Shown piece after piece: positions 35,490 to 45,109 of a DNA stretch of 64,000 nt. The notes under the pieces are model-generated. The model was not told the origin of the DNA and did no database searches. It saw nothing but the letters and a program-made list of their open reading frames with translations. This stretch comes from Felixounavirus LF110P2: sequence record OZ035782.1; one strand, 5' to 3'. The first letter of the stretch is position 1. Each line of letters begins with the position of its first letter. The position numbers and the translations under genes are program-made.

Positions 35490-37467
35490 AGGTCGTAAAT
35501 TGAAAGAGGCTGGTCAGTTTGTTGGTCATTGCGCATGTCCACGTTGTGGTTCATCAGATGCTGGTTCAATCTATCATCATGACGATGATTCTTATTCAAT
35601 GACTTGCTTTAGTTGTAACAAAGGTTTCCCAGAGTGGGATTTTGATAAAGGACAAATTGTGAGCACTTATTCTACTGGTTCAGAAAATAAAAACCGTACT
35701 TTCCGTGGAATGGATTTAGACGATGTAAAAGAAAACCTAGAAGCAATGGACTTGAAAGATAGGAAGATTCCTGCAAAAGTCCTTGAACGCTTAGGTATCA
35801 AGGTTGACATTGACAGTGATGGTGAAATTGACGCGCATTTCTATCCAACTTACAAACGTAATGAAGATGGTAAGCTAGAGCACGTTGGCTACCGTGTTCG
35901 TCACCGTTACCCAGAAGACCATCCAAAAGAACACCTACGAGGTAAGTTAAAAGACTTTTCTGGTGGTGTTGGAGACATTAAAGGTGAACTGGCAATGTTC
36001 GGTTCATGGATTGCTCCAGAAGGTGGTAACCGTCTATTCATCTGGGAAGGTGAGATGGAATGTGCGACAGCAATCTATATGACTTCTCTTGCGATTAAGG
36101 ATAAATCTCGTCGTAAGAATTACTGTCACGTATCTGTTCCATCAGGTGCAAACATCAAGTCTATCAAAGATAACTATCAGTACATTACATCATTTGATGA
36201 GATTTACTTGTGCTTTGATAACGATGAAGCAGGTGCTAAAGCCACTAAAGATGCTGCTGGTATCCTACCTATTGAGAAGGTTCGTTTATTCCAGTATCCA
36301 GAAGGCGTAAAAGACCTTAACGAGTGGTGGACAAAGTTCTATAAAGAGAAAGACACAGTTCTGGAAGGATTTAAGCAGCGTATCTACAATGCACCTCGTT
36401 ACTGTCCTGCTGGTATCAAGAACTTTGCAGATGGTTTTGAGGCAATGAAGAATCGTGGTCAGATTCCATTGATTCCTTTCCCAGAATCTTTCGGAGATTT
36501 GAACAGGCTGACTTATGGTGGTTACGGTTTAGGTGAGATTACAACTATTGCAGCACCATCTTCAGTAGGTAAGTCAGCTTACACTCGTGAGATGATTTAT
36601 TCAGCTTGGAAAGAAACTGATTATAATATCGGTGTAATTCCTGTAGAAGATACCTATGAAGAGTTGATGGAGATGCTCTGTGCAATCCACCTGAGCAAGC
36701 AGATTTCTGAGATTCCTTATGACGAACGTGATTGGGATGAATTGAAGAAGGCACACGCAGAACTGTCTAAAGGTCGTCGTATCCACATCGTTGACCATCA
36801 AGGGGCAATTGACCAAGATAACTTGCTGGAGTTTGTTGACTATCTTGTTAACAGCTTAGACTGTAAGATTATTATTCTTGACCCTATTACGTTGGCTCTG
36901 TCACGTTCAGATACGGATGAAGAGGAAGTTTTATCTGAGCTATTGCGTCGTTGCAAACGCTACCAGTATGCACAGGTGAACGTCTGTCACGTTCGTAAGA
37001 GTGCAGGTGGTCAGAAGGCTAACTCTGAAGGTGGAGATATCTCTGAAGAGGATATTAAAGGTTCTGGTGCGTATTTCCAGATTTCTATGAACAACATTCT
37101 GTTAATGCGTAACAAGGTTGACCCAGACCCTGTTAAGAAAAACTTGACAAAAATCAAGTTAACTAAGTGTCGTCGTCATGGTAAGTCAACAGGTATTGCT
37201 GGTCATACTTGGTACAATCCAGATACAGGACGTCTTATCAAAGCTTCTGGATGTGGTGTTGATATTGATGGTGCAGCAGAAAATATTCGCCAGCAGTTTG
37301 GTATTGGTGAAGCTGAAGACCATTACGATGACTCTTTGCCACATTATGAGGACGAAGTGTTTGACCGTGAGACTGGTGAAGTCTATACTGAAGAGCAGCG
37401 TCAAAGCTCAACGATTCCACCTGTATTAAGTGAGGATGCAGATGACTGCCCGTTCGAAACTGAGTGA
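35482..37467 (+). CDS. DNA primase-helicase (T7 gp4-like)
   Basis: N-terminal zinc ribbon CACPRCGS...CFSCNKG; central primase-like region; C-terminal DnaB-family helicase with Walker A APSSVGKSAYT. ATG at 35482 preceded by AAGAGGTG. Confidence 0.8.
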   Translation: MSKGRKLKEAGQFVGHCACPRCGSSDAGSIYHHDDDSYSMTCFSCNKGFPEWDFDKGQIVSTYSTGSENKNRTFRGMDLDDVKENLEAMDLKDRKIPAKVLERLGIKVDIDSDGEIDAHFYPTYKRNEDGKLEHVGYRVRHRYPEDHPKEHLRGKLKDFSGGVGDIKGELAMFGSWIAPEGGNRLFIWEGEMECATAIYMTSLAIKDKSRRKNYCHVSVPSGANIKSIKDNYQYITSFDEIYLCFDNDEAGAKATKDAAGILPIEKVRLFQYPEGVKDLNEWWTKFYKEKDTVLEGFKQRIYNAPRYCPAGIKNFADGFEAMKNRGQIPLIPFPESFGDLNRLTYGGYGLGEITTIAAPSSVGKSAYTREMIYSAWKETDYNIGVIPVEDTYEELMEMLCAIHLSKQISEIPYDERDWDELKKAHAELSKGRRIHIVDHQGAIDQDNLLEFVDYLVNSLDCKIIILDPITLALSRSDTDEEEVLSELLRRCKRYQYAQVNVCHVRKSAGGQKANSEGGDISEEDIKGSGAYFQISMNNILLMRNKVDPDPVKKNLTKIKLTKCRRHGKSTGIAGHTWYNPDTGRLIKASGCGVDIDGAAENIRQQFGIGEAEDHYDDSLPHYEDEVFDRETGEVYTEEQRQSSTIPPVLSEDADDCPFETE

Positions 37468-37537
37468 TAGTTATAAAAGAGAGGGGTTCACACCATTCTT
37501 TGAAGAAAAAAGTTTAAATAAATTTCAGGAAGAGTGT

Positions 37538-37566
37538 TTGACAAAGATTGATAGGTTCTATAGAAT
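37538..37566 (+). promoter_or_regulatory. Sigma70-like promoter (TTGACA-N17-TAGAAT)
   Basis: Exact -35 TTGACA, 17-nt spacer, -10 TAGAAT. Confidence 0.45.
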
Positions 37567-37718
37567 GCTCCACATGAAATGCGATGGAGAAGTTGAAATA
37601 GAACAACAGTTCCATCAAAGTATGATTACAGTCATCATTACACTGCCTCAGCATAATATTGGTTGGCTGTTTATAATGAAAGAAAATGTGTTTGAATATC
37701 AAGTATATCGGAGAATAT

Positions 37719-37868
37719 CATGAAACACTCTAAAGCATTTGAAAAAGTTTTTGGGGATTCCTTAAAAGCCACTGCTGGAAAACCAGCAAAATACTATGAA
37801 GAAAAACGTGTAAGAACTGGAAAAACTGCACGTAAAGCAGCTTCTAAAGATAAGCACAACTTCCAGTA
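37719..37868 (+). CDS. Small basic ORF (49 aa), not in supplied track
   Basis: ATG preceded by GGAGAATATC; translates MKHSKAFEKVFGDSLKATAGKPAKYYEEKRVRTGKTARKAASKDKHNFQ. Confidence 0.2.
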
Positions 37869-37876
37869 ATTAGTAT

Positions 37877-37905
37877 TTGACAATAGAGTATCAACAAATT
37901 AGAAT
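37877..37905 (+). promoter_or_regulatory. Sigma70-like promoter (TTGACA-N17-TAGAAT) upstream of SSB-like gene
   Basis: Same -35/-10 hexamers and spacing as the promoter at 37538. Confidence 0.45.
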
Positions 37906-37941
37906 TGGTACTCTTCATAAATTGAGATAGAGGTTTAAATA

Positions 37942-38799
37942 ATGTCTAAAGTTGTTAAAATGAAAGCTCCGGTAGAGAAGTACAACGGTACTGAACGTCA
38001 AACTCTGCGTTACCTGCTGAAAGATGTCTGGTTTTATTACCTGAACACTTCACCACGTCCGGGAAAAGGTAAATCTATTGACAAGAAATTCCCAGGAAAA
38101 GATTGTAACTACAGCGTATCAATTCTGGCAGAAGACGGTAACAAACTCTTTAAAGAGTTTACTAAGTCTAAGAAGAACCCAGAAGGTTGGGATAAAGTTA
38201 CTACTGAAGCAGTTGATGCAGATGACTTCGAAGAGAAGTTTGGCTGCAAACCACCATTTGAAGCAGACACTTACTACATCTTGAAAGTAAGTCGTGCAGC
38301 AGCTTATAAAGATGGTGCTGTATGGACAGCTAAACAGTCATTCCCTGTAATGCTGATTGAAGAAGTGAATGGTAAGCGTGTAGCTGTTAAGCAGCCGATG
38401 AAGAAAATTAAAGCTCAAGCATCTGATAAACACGAAGATGACAAGAACTATGATGTAATTCATCCAGATATTGCAGTTGGTAACGGTTCTTTTGGTAGTG
38501 TGATTCTCTCTACTCACTTCTACACTTTTGAGAACAATGTTCTGACAAAACCTATTCAGGAACAGTTTATCATTGATACCCTTGTACCTTACACTGGTGG
38601 TAACGGTGCTAATGGTGAACCTGAACTGGATGAAGATGAACTGGCTATGCTTGGTCTTGATGGTGTCGAAGATAACGGTGAAATCACTGAAGAAGACGCA
38701 ACAGACCATAAATCTTCGAATGATTCTGATGATGGTGATGATGAAGATTTGCCAGACCCAGATGACGAAGAAGATGAAGACTTCGATACAGAAGATTAA
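37942..38799 (+). CDS. Single-stranded DNA-binding protein (acidic C-terminal tail)
   Basis: 285 aa with long D/E-rich C-terminal tail ending ...DEEDEDFDTED, the architecture of T7 gp2.5 / T4 gp32-type SSBs; sits next to primase-helicase. Confidence 0.45.
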   Translation: MSKVVKMKAPVEKYNGTERQTLRYLLKDVWFYYLNTSPRPGKGKSIDKKFPGKDCNYSVSILAEDGNKLFKEFTKSKKNPEGWDKVTTEAVDADDFEEKFGCKPPFEADTYYILKVSRAAAYKDGAVWTAKQSFPVMLIEEVNGKRVAVKQPMKKIKAQASDKHEDDKNYDVIHPDIAVGNGSFGSVILSTHFYTFENNVLTKPIQEQFIIDTLVPYTGGNGANGEPELDEDELAMLGLDGVEDNGEITEEDATDHKSSNDSDDGDDEDLPDPDDEEDEDFDTED

Positions 38800-38816
38800 T
38801 CTCTAAAGTTACTTTA

Positions 38817-38844
38817 AAGCCCTGTACTCCGTATGGGGCTTTTT
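38817..38844 (+). terminator. Intrinsic terminator (weak)
   Basis: AGCCC ... GGGCT hairpin followed by TTTTT. Confidence 0.35.
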
Positions 38845-38860
38845 CATATGGAGAGCCATA

Positions 38861-39907
38861 ATGGAGAAGTACACATTAACAAAACTTCCCGATTCAGTTA
38901 CACATGTCTTTATTGACTCTGACAGTATTGCCTATAAAGGTGCTTGTGTAGTTGAGAAAGCAAAATATAAATACGTCAATAAACTCACAGCAGAAGAATC
39001 TGAACCATTTGACAATGCGAAAGATGCTGCAAGATGGTTAGCAGACCAGAGAATCCTTGTGGAAGAACTTGGCCTGACATTTGATGAAGATGAATGGGAA
39101 AGACAGACTTGGAAAGAAGCTAAGAGTGAAAAAGAAGCTATCATGGCTACTCAACAGGTGCTTCAGGAATGGCTTAAGGTTGTTGGTAAAGAAAGAACTT
39201 GGGTAGGTTATTTAACAGAGAAAGGTGTGCATAAACATAAAGACATTAAAGGTCTTGAGCACCAATATCAAGGTAACCGTAAAGATGCTGTCACACCAAC
39301 ACACTTAGTTGCTTGTCGTGAATACCTTTTATCCAGACCAGAGTTCAAGCTCTTAAAGGGGGGCTTCGAAGCCGATTCAATCGTAATTGCTAAAGCTGAA
39401 AAGATGGGTAAGAAGGCTGCTCTTATGAGTATTGATAAAGACCTTCGACAAGCTGAAGGAACTTATTGTATTGATATGACTTATGAAAAATCACCACTAA
39501 TCTTTATTGCTGATAATAATGTTGGTGATATCTGGGATTGTCCTATCAAATCAAAACCAAAAGCTGCAAAAACAGTTGGTGTAGGTTTTAAGTTCTTGTG
39601 CTATCAGGCTGTTGCTGGAGATAATGCAGACAACTACTTCGGACTTAAAGGTGCTGGTAAAGTAGCTGTGATGAATGCTTTAGATGGTAAAGAGACCTAC
39701 AAAGAGTGTCTTGATGCTATCTATGAACTCTATGCTAAAAAAGACTCTTATACCTATGTGTCATGGGATGGACAGACTGTTACAAAGACACCGTTAGAGT
39801 TAATGGAACAGCATTTCTTCCTAGCTTATCAAGAGCGAAATAAATCAGATATTTTTTCATTTGAAAAGTATGGTTGGACTCCAAATGTTGACTCAGCAGA
39901 TACTTAA
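38861..39907 (+). CDS. 5'-3' exonuclease / flap endonuclease (RNase H-like)
   Basis: N-terminal acidic cluster FIDSDSIAY and H3TH-like motif AGDNADNYFGLKGAGKVAV match FEN/T4 RNase H family organisation. Confidence 0.5.
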   Translation: MEKYTLTKLPDSVTHVFIDSDSIAYKGACVVEKAKYKYVNKLTAEESEPFDNAKDAARWLADQRILVEELGLTFDEDEWERQTWKEAKSEKEAIMATQQVLQEWLKVVGKERTWVGYLTEKGVHKHKDIKGLEHQYQGNRKDAVTPTHLVACREYLLSRPEFKLLKGGFEADSIVIAKAEKMGKKAALMSIDKDLRQAEGTYCIDMTYEKSPLIFIADNNVGDIWDCPIKSKPKAAKTVGVGFKFLCYQAVAGDNADNYFGLKGAGKVAVMNALDGKETYKECLDAIYELYAKKDSYTYVSWDGQTVTKTPLELMEQHFFLAYQERNKSDIFSFEKYGWTPNVDSADT

Positions 39908-40385
39908 AGAATATCTACACTATGACCCCGAAACAGGGGTCTTTACGTGGATAAAGAAATCAGCTAACAGAACAGTTATAGGTTCCATTGCAGGTACACC
40001 ACATAAGCGAGGTTATATTAGGATAAAAATTAAAAGAAAACCCTATATGGCTCATGATTTAGCAATCCTGTACACAGACGGTTTCCTACCTAACAGAGTA
40101 GACCATCGAAACGGTATTACTAATGATAATCGGAGATTAAATCTAAGGGTTTGCACACAAGCTGAAAACTCTTGGAATAGAAGAACACACTCCAACAACA
40201 CATCTGGAGTTAAGGGTGTATCTTTCTATAAGGCTAACCAAAAATGGAAGGCCAGAGTTATGACACACGGAGTATCTCACTTTCTGGGGTATTTTGACAG
40301 TATTGAAGATGCCAAAGATGCAGTCACAAAGAAAAGAGAAGAACTACATAAAGATTTTTCAAATCACGGAGAAGCTTATGAATGA
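39870..40385 (+). CDS. HNH homing endonuclease with AP2-type DNA-binding domain
   Basis: HNH core VDHRNGITNDNRRLNLRVCTQAEN followed by AP2-like SGVKGVSFYKANQKWKARV...GYFDSIEDA; start overlaps the exonuclease gene. Confidence 0.6.
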   Translation: MVGLQMLTQQILKEYLHYDPETGVFTWIKKSANRTVIGSIAGTPHKRGYIRIKIKRKPYMAHDLAILYTDGFLPNRVDHRNGITNDNRRLNLRVCTQAENSWNRRTHSNNTSGVKGVSFYKANQKWKARVMTHGVSHFLGYFDSIEDAKDAVTKKREELHKDFSNHGEAYE

Positions 40386-40879
40386 AGATTAAAGGATTTG
40401 GCAATTGCCCCACCTACGGTCATTGGGTATCTTTATGTGGGGAAGTTGACCCCACTAAACATTTTGGCTTTGTCTATTTAGTACACTGTAAGAAGACTGG
40501 ACAATATTATATAGGAAAGAAACAGCTTAACAGTGTGACCAAAAGAAAAGTTGCTGGGAAGACTCGGAAGAAGGTAGTCACTAAGGAAAGTGATTGGATG
40601 ACTTACGAAACCTCTTCTGAGTATATTAAAAAAGATATTGAGAGCTTTGGAAAAGAATTTTTTGACTTTTACATTATTCAGACCTACTACACAAAAGGTG
40701 GCCTAGTCTATGGTGAAGCAAACCTTCAACATAAATTCGATGTAATGACAAAAAGGATTGACTCTAAGCTCAGACTCTTCTACAATGCCAATATTGCAGC
40801 AATTAAGTTTATCACTAAAGAAACTTATGAAGATGCTGAAAAAAGAATCCATAAGGTAATGAAAGCAAATTGTGCTTGA
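40382..40879 (+). CDS. GIY-YIG-like nuclease (putative second homing endonuclease)
   Basis: FVYLVHCKKTGQYYIGKK matches GIY-(10)-YIG spacing; downstream catalytic residues not confidently placed. Confidence 0.3.
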   Translation: MKIKGFGNCPTYGHWVSLCGEVDPTKHFGFVYLVHCKKTGQYYIGKKQLNSVTKRKVAGKTRKKVVTKESDWMTYETSSEYIKKDIESFGKEFFDFYIIQTYYTKGGLVYGEANLQHKFDVMTKRIDSKLRLFYNANIAAIKFITKETYEDAEKRIHKVMKANCA

Positions 40880-40885
40880 TAACTA

Positions 40886-41149
40886 TTGAGAGAGAATAAA
40901 ATGTTTAACAAAAGCAAAGCTGTGAGTCATGTAGCAAAAGTTGACAGCAAGATTGAAGAACTTGAGCGCATCCTTGCAAATGCCAGAGAGTCAATAATCA
41001 AAGAAGTTGAAGCTGTTGAATCTCAAATGCAGCACCTAATGCTTAAACGTCAAGAGCTACGTGAGCATCTAGAATATATTGAAACACGAGAGCTAAAAGT
41101 TAACAGATATTTTAAGGAGTCCGAATGTTTAACTCAAGAGAATCAGTAA
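40886..41149 (+). CDS. Hypothetical coiled-coil protein
   Basis: 87 aa helical ORF. Confidence 0.25.
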   Translation: MRENKMFNKSKAVSHVAKVDSKIEELERILANARESIIKEVEAVESQMQHLMLKRQELREHLEYIETRELKVNRYFKESECLTQENQ

Positions 41150-41880
41150 AAAACTGGAACCTTCGTTGTGGAAACACTCAAAAGCAACCTTACAGTGATG
41201 AGTATTGGGAATCTTTAAAATCTCAATCTCTGTGTATGCTTGAAGAAGCAAAAGAGCTTGTAAAAGCAATTGAAGAGAAAGACCCCATTGAGACACTGGA
41301 TGCTCAGGCAGATTTGCAATATGTTCTTGACGGTTTGATTTACCTGTCACAACATGACCATAACGGTGCTATGAAAGCTGTTTGCCGTAATAATGACCTG
41401 AAGTACACAGATGACTATGAAGAAGCTTTAAAACGTCTTGCAGACATTGAAAAGCGTACTGGTCAAGAGTGTATTATCAGAATGTCAGTAGTTGATGGTA
41501 AAGAGTGGTATGCGATTGTTCGTACAGCCGATGGGAAGATTATGAAGCAATCAAATCTCCCTAAAGTACAGCTTGGTGAATACATTGTAGAGCTTGAAAG
41601 CCAAGAACTTTTTGTGGTAGTATCTGAGACATGCGTTATCTGCAAAGGTATTGTAGGTAGCTTAAAGGATTTGGGTGTAGATGGTTTTGTAGAAGTTAAT
41701 CCAATTACCTCTAAAGCAGATAAAGACTTCTGTAAAGAGAACGGACTATGGATTGCAGATATTGTCTACTATGATGGTGAGCAGTTCCATGTAACCTCAT
41801 ACCCGAAACTGAATTATGATGCTAATAACCTGAAGTGCTGGTTAAAAGGGGTTGGTTATAATGGATTCACAGAACATTAA
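41125..41880 (+). CDS. Hypothetical protein with possible MazG-like NTP pyrophosphohydrolase N-terminal domain
   Basis: LEEAKELVKAIEEK...LDAQADLQYVLDGL resembles the EExxE...D MazG-type helical motif; weak. Confidence 0.25.
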   Translation: MFNSRESVKNWNLRCGNTQKQPYSDEYWESLKSQSLCMLEEAKELVKAIEEKDPIETLDAQADLQYVLDGLIYLSQHDHNGAMKAVCRNNDLKYTDDYEEALKRLADIEKRTGQECIIRMSVVDGKEWYAIVRTADGKIMKQSNLPKVQLGEYIVELESQELFVVVSETCVICKGIVGSLKDLGVDGFVEVNPITSKADKDFCKENGLWIADIVYYDGEQFHVTSYPKLNYDANNLKCWLKGVGYNGFTEH

Positions 41881-42184
41881 TAAAGAGGGTGTGGCTCAAA
41901 AGAGCCACTTCTCAAACTACAATATTTCTATGACGGTGTTTATGAATGACCCGTTACTAGAAAAATATGGTGAGACTCCAGATACACTTCTGGACAATGA
42001 ACAAGTTTTAAAAGCAGTCCTATACAAATACGGGATTGATATTGAGAAAGAATATTCCTTTGAAATCTGCCAACACAGGAATACTTTCGGTAAAGTTGTG
42101 ATGGCTCCACTCTTTATGGGTGTAGAAAGGACTGACTATGGTTGGTTGTATCTAAAAAGAAACTTGGAGAAATACCGTGTCTAA
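41852..42184 (+). CDS. Hypothetical protein
   Basis: 110 aa ORF. Confidence 0.25.
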   Translation: MVIMDSQNINKEGVAQKSHFSNYNISMTVFMNDPLLEKYGETPDTLLDNEQVLKAVLYKYGIDIEKEYSFEICQHRNTFGKVVMAPLFMGVERTDYGWLYLKRNLEKYRV

Positions 42185-42515
42185 AGCAAAAAAGCTATCT
42201 TATGATGATATTGTCTCAGGTGCTAAGTTAGGCGTTGACAGCCTCGGACAAGATGTTAAGCACGGGGACATAGTTATGTACTGTGATGACCGAAGAGGTA
42301 GAAGTGCAATCTTGTTTGGAAGAATTGTTTGCAAGATGCGAGGCAATTACGTTGTTGCAGACATGGATGTGAACGTTACACAAAAACTTGAAACACTTAT
42401 GGATGATAATACATCATCATGGTTCTCCCTGAATTGTATGCACACTTCTTCAGTCACAAAAGTAAGTGATAAGTTTTACGATATGTGGCAGAATGAGCAA
42501 ATTTTCAAGATTTAA
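42177..42515 (+). CDS. Hypothetical protein
   Basis: 112 aa ORF followed by terminator. Confidence 0.25.
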   Translation: MSKAKKLSYDDIVSGAKLGVDSLGQDVKHGDIVMYCDDRRGRSAILFGRIVCKMRGNYVVADMDVNVTQKLETLMDDNTSSWFSLNCMHTSSVTKVSDKFYDMWQNEQIFKI

Positions 42516-42521
42516 ACTAGG

Positions 42522-42544
42522 GAGCCTCTTCGGAGGCTCTTTTC
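42522..42544 (+). terminator. Intrinsic terminator upstream of nrdA
   Basis: GAGCCTC ttcg GAGGCTC perfect hairpin with tetraloop followed by TTTTC. Confidence 0.55.
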
Positions 42545-42561
42545 ATCTGTAGGATTCGAAA

Positions 42562-44796
42562 ATGATTAAGACAATTAAAAAATCAAATGGTACAGTAGTA
42601 AGCTTTGACCCAGAAAGACTGAATAAGTGGGCATCATGGGCAGATAAACGTGGAATTATCTGGTCAGAAGTCACTATGGAAGCTATGAAACGTGTCTATG
42701 AGGGTTGCACTACAAAAGAGATGCACCAAGCCATGATTGATGTTTGTGTTGATAAACAAACTCAAGAGTACTCAGATATGGCTGGACGACTGCTTTTGGG
42801 TATTATCTACAAAGAAGCCTTTGGAGGCTTTACTAAGGTTCCTACGCTGATTACCTTCGTTAAAAATATGGAGAGAGCAGGACTTTGGGAGAAGATGGAT
42901 TACTCACAGGAAGAGCTTGAATACCTGCAAGGTTACATCGTGCACTCAAAAGATATCTCTTACGGTTATGCAGTCTTGAAACAGTTCAGAGACAAGTATG
43001 GTATCCGTGATATTAAAACGGGAAGACTTTTTGAGTCACCACAATTTATGTTTATGGGTATGGCTATGAAAGCCTTTGAGAAGCAACCAAAGCACCGTAG
43101 ACTGCAAGATGTTATCAAGCTGTACACTTACCTATCTGACCTGAAGATTAACGCTCCTACGCCTTATTTAAACGGTTTGAGGGCAACTAAATCAGGTTAT
43201 GCGTCATGCTGCTTGATTAAGGCAAACGATACTGCTGAATCACTTGGTATTGCTGCAAAGGTTGCTTATGATATGACTACAAAGCAAGCTGGTATCGGTA
43301 TGCTGATGGAGACTCGCACTATTGGTGATGGTATCCGTCAAAACACTATCGAACACATGGGTAAACTGCCTTATTACAAGCTTGTACGTTCATCTGTAGA
43401 GGCAAACAAACAGAAGAGTCGTGGTGGTTCAGCTAATAACTTCTACACTGCTCTAGACCCGCAGATTGAAGATTTACTGCGTTTGAAGCACCCTACAACG
43501 GTTCCTTCTAAACGTATTAATGAGATGGACTACTCATTCGGCACAAACGATTATTTCTGGCAGTGTGTCCAGTATGATACAGATTGGTTGCTATTCTCTT
43601 ACAAAGATGCACCAAAACTCTATGACATGTTCTACACAGCATCTGCTGATGAGTTTGCTATGGCAGTTGGTCACGCAGTACATTCAGGAGTTAAGCACAG
43701 ACGAGTCAAGGCTCGTGAAATTGCTAAGCTGTTTATTCAACAGCGTTATGCTACAGGTCGTGTGTATCCATTCTTCACTAACAACGCAAACACACATACA
43801 CCATTTAAAGAACCATTGAAGATGTCAAATCTTTGTATGGAAATTGTGTTGCCAGTGTATGGTTTTGAGAAAGAGACAGACCTTTACAGAGACGATGCTG
43901 TGAAAGAGGATGGTGAGGTGGCTCTTTGCTTCCTAGCTAGTTTGGTTGCAGGGAGAATTTCAGAAGATGAATACGCTGACGTTGCTTATTATGCTCTTGC
44001 AATGGTTGACTCCGTTATTGACCTTATGGATTATCCGTATCCGTCGATGCGTAACCATGTTCAGAAGCGTCGTTCTGTTGGGATTGGCCTTACAAATGTG
44101 GCTCATTACCTTGCGAAGAACTACGTGAACTACTCTTCACGAGCAGGTAAAACGAAACTTCATGAACTTGCAGAGATGCACTCTTACTATCTGCATGAAG
44201 CCTCGCTGAGACTTGCTAAAGAGCGTGGCGTTCCAGAGTACATGAAGTTCACTAAGTATCCTGAAGGCTGGGTTCCTCCAAAGACAGCTAACAAGAAGAT
44301 TGATGAAAAGCATGATGCAAAACTACGATATGATTGGGATGACTTAGCACAACGTATCAAAGAAAATGGTGGAATCCGAAACTCTGTATTAGAAGCTTAC
44401 ATGCCTAATGAGAGTTCTTCACTAGCAACTAATACGACAAATGGTTTGTACCCAATTCGTGACTTTATTTTAACTAAAAAGTCTGCAACTGGTAACGTAC
44501 TGTTTATTGTTCCAGATTATGAAGAATTGAAGTATGTCTATGAAATTGCTTGGGATATCGACACCTTTGATATGATTGACTGTTATGCAATTGTTCAAAA
44601 GTTCACTGGTCAAGCTATCTCTTCAGACTTCTATGTTGACTATGCAAAGTCTAAGAAGGTATCATTGGCTCAAGCTTTGAAGTACATGATTTATGCCAAC
44701 TCGGTAGGTATGAAAACCATGTACTACCTTAACAGTCGCATTGGTGTAGGTAAATCTGCACTGCAAGATGCTTATTGCGAGGGCTGTGGTGTTTAG
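42562..44796 (+). CDS. nrdA: Ribonucleotide reductase class Ia large subunit
   Basis: N-terminal ATP-cone-like region (IKKSNGTVVSFDPERL); active-site region ...NLCMEIVLP...; 744 aa; followed by nrdB. Confidence 0.85.
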   Translation: MIKTIKKSNGTVVSFDPERLNKWASWADKRGIIWSEVTMEAMKRVYEGCTTKEMHQAMIDVCVDKQTQEYSDMAGRLLLGIIYKEAFGGFTKVPTLITFVKNMERAGLWEKMDYSQEELEYLQGYIVHSKDISYGYAVLKQFRDKYGIRDIKTGRLFESPQFMFMGMAMKAFEKQPKHRRLQDVIKLYTYLSDLKINAPTPYLNGLRATKSGYASCCLIKANDTAESLGIAAKVAYDMTTKQAGIGMLMETRTIGDGIRQNTIEHMGKLPYYKLVRSSVEANKQKSRGGSANNFYTALDPQIEDLLRLKHPTTVPSKRINEMDYSFGTNDYFWQCVQYDTDWLLFSYKDAPKLYDMFYTASADEFAMAVGHAVHSGVKHRRVKAREIAKLFIQQRYATGRVYPFFTNNANTHTPFKEPLKMSNLCMEIVLPVYGFEKETDLYRDDAVKEDGEVALCFLASLVAGRISEDEYADVAYYALAMVDSVIDLMDYPYPSMRNHVQKRRSVGIGLTNVAHYLAKNYVNYSSRAGKTKLHELAEMHSYYLHEASLRLAKERGVPEYMKFTKYPEGWVPPKTANKKIDEKHDAKLRYDWDDLAQRIKENGGIRNSVLEAYMPNESSSLATNTTNGLYPIRDFILTKKSATGNVLFIVPDYEELKYVYEIAWDIDTFDMIDCYAIVQKFTGQAISSDFYVDYAKSKKVSLAQALKYMIYANSVGMKTMYYLNSRIGVGKSALQDAYCEGCGV

Positions 44797-44809
44797 TTTT
44801 AACAACTAT

Positions 44810-44829
44810 GAGGGTCGTAAAAGACCCTC
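44810..44829 (+). other. Hairpin GAGGGTC-gtaaaa-GACCCTC between nrdA and nrdB (no U-tract)
   Basis: Perfect 7-bp stem; followed by A-rich sequence, so not a canonical + strand terminator. Confidence 0.3.
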
Positions 44830-44851
44830 TAAAAATAACTTTGGAGAGACC

Positions 44852-45109
44852 ATGAAAGATTTAATAGAAAAACATGAGCGACCTATATACTTGCTCCACA
44901 AGCCTCGGAAAACGATGTACTATGTGAGTAGCACAGATATGATGATAAAACAAAAGGATGACTCATGGGTTGCTGGTATCTCTTACATCTCTACAGCAGA
45001 TGGTAAAACCTACGCAAGACCTTATGAGATGTTCAACAAAGAAAATTGGGAAGTTTTAGACAGAAAACAAGCCTTAGAAATGATAAAGAAAGGAGAAATC
45101 ACGCTATGA
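44852..45109 (+). CDS. Hypothetical small protein between nrdA and nrdB
   Basis: 85 aa from ATG with GGAGAGACC RBS; track ORF 44768 start overlaps nrdA and is less likely. Confidence 0.25.
   Translation: MKDLIEKHERPIYLLHKPRKTMYYVSSTDMMIKQKDDSWVAGISYISTADGKTYARPYEMFNKENWEVLDRKQALEMIKKGEITL

Noticed and set aside
37430-37723. Track ORF of 97 aa overlapping the end of primase-helicase
   Set aside because: A TTGACA-N17-TAGAAT promoter lies within it and its start overlaps the upstream gene in another frame without an RBS; more likely intergenic sequence with at most a short peptide.
44768-45109. 113 aa track ORF whose 5' end overlaps the nrdA 3' end
   Set aside because: The upstream 28 codons overlap nrdA and the hairpin at 44810-44829; an internal ATG at 44852 with RBS is the more plausible start, so only the shorter ORF is reported.
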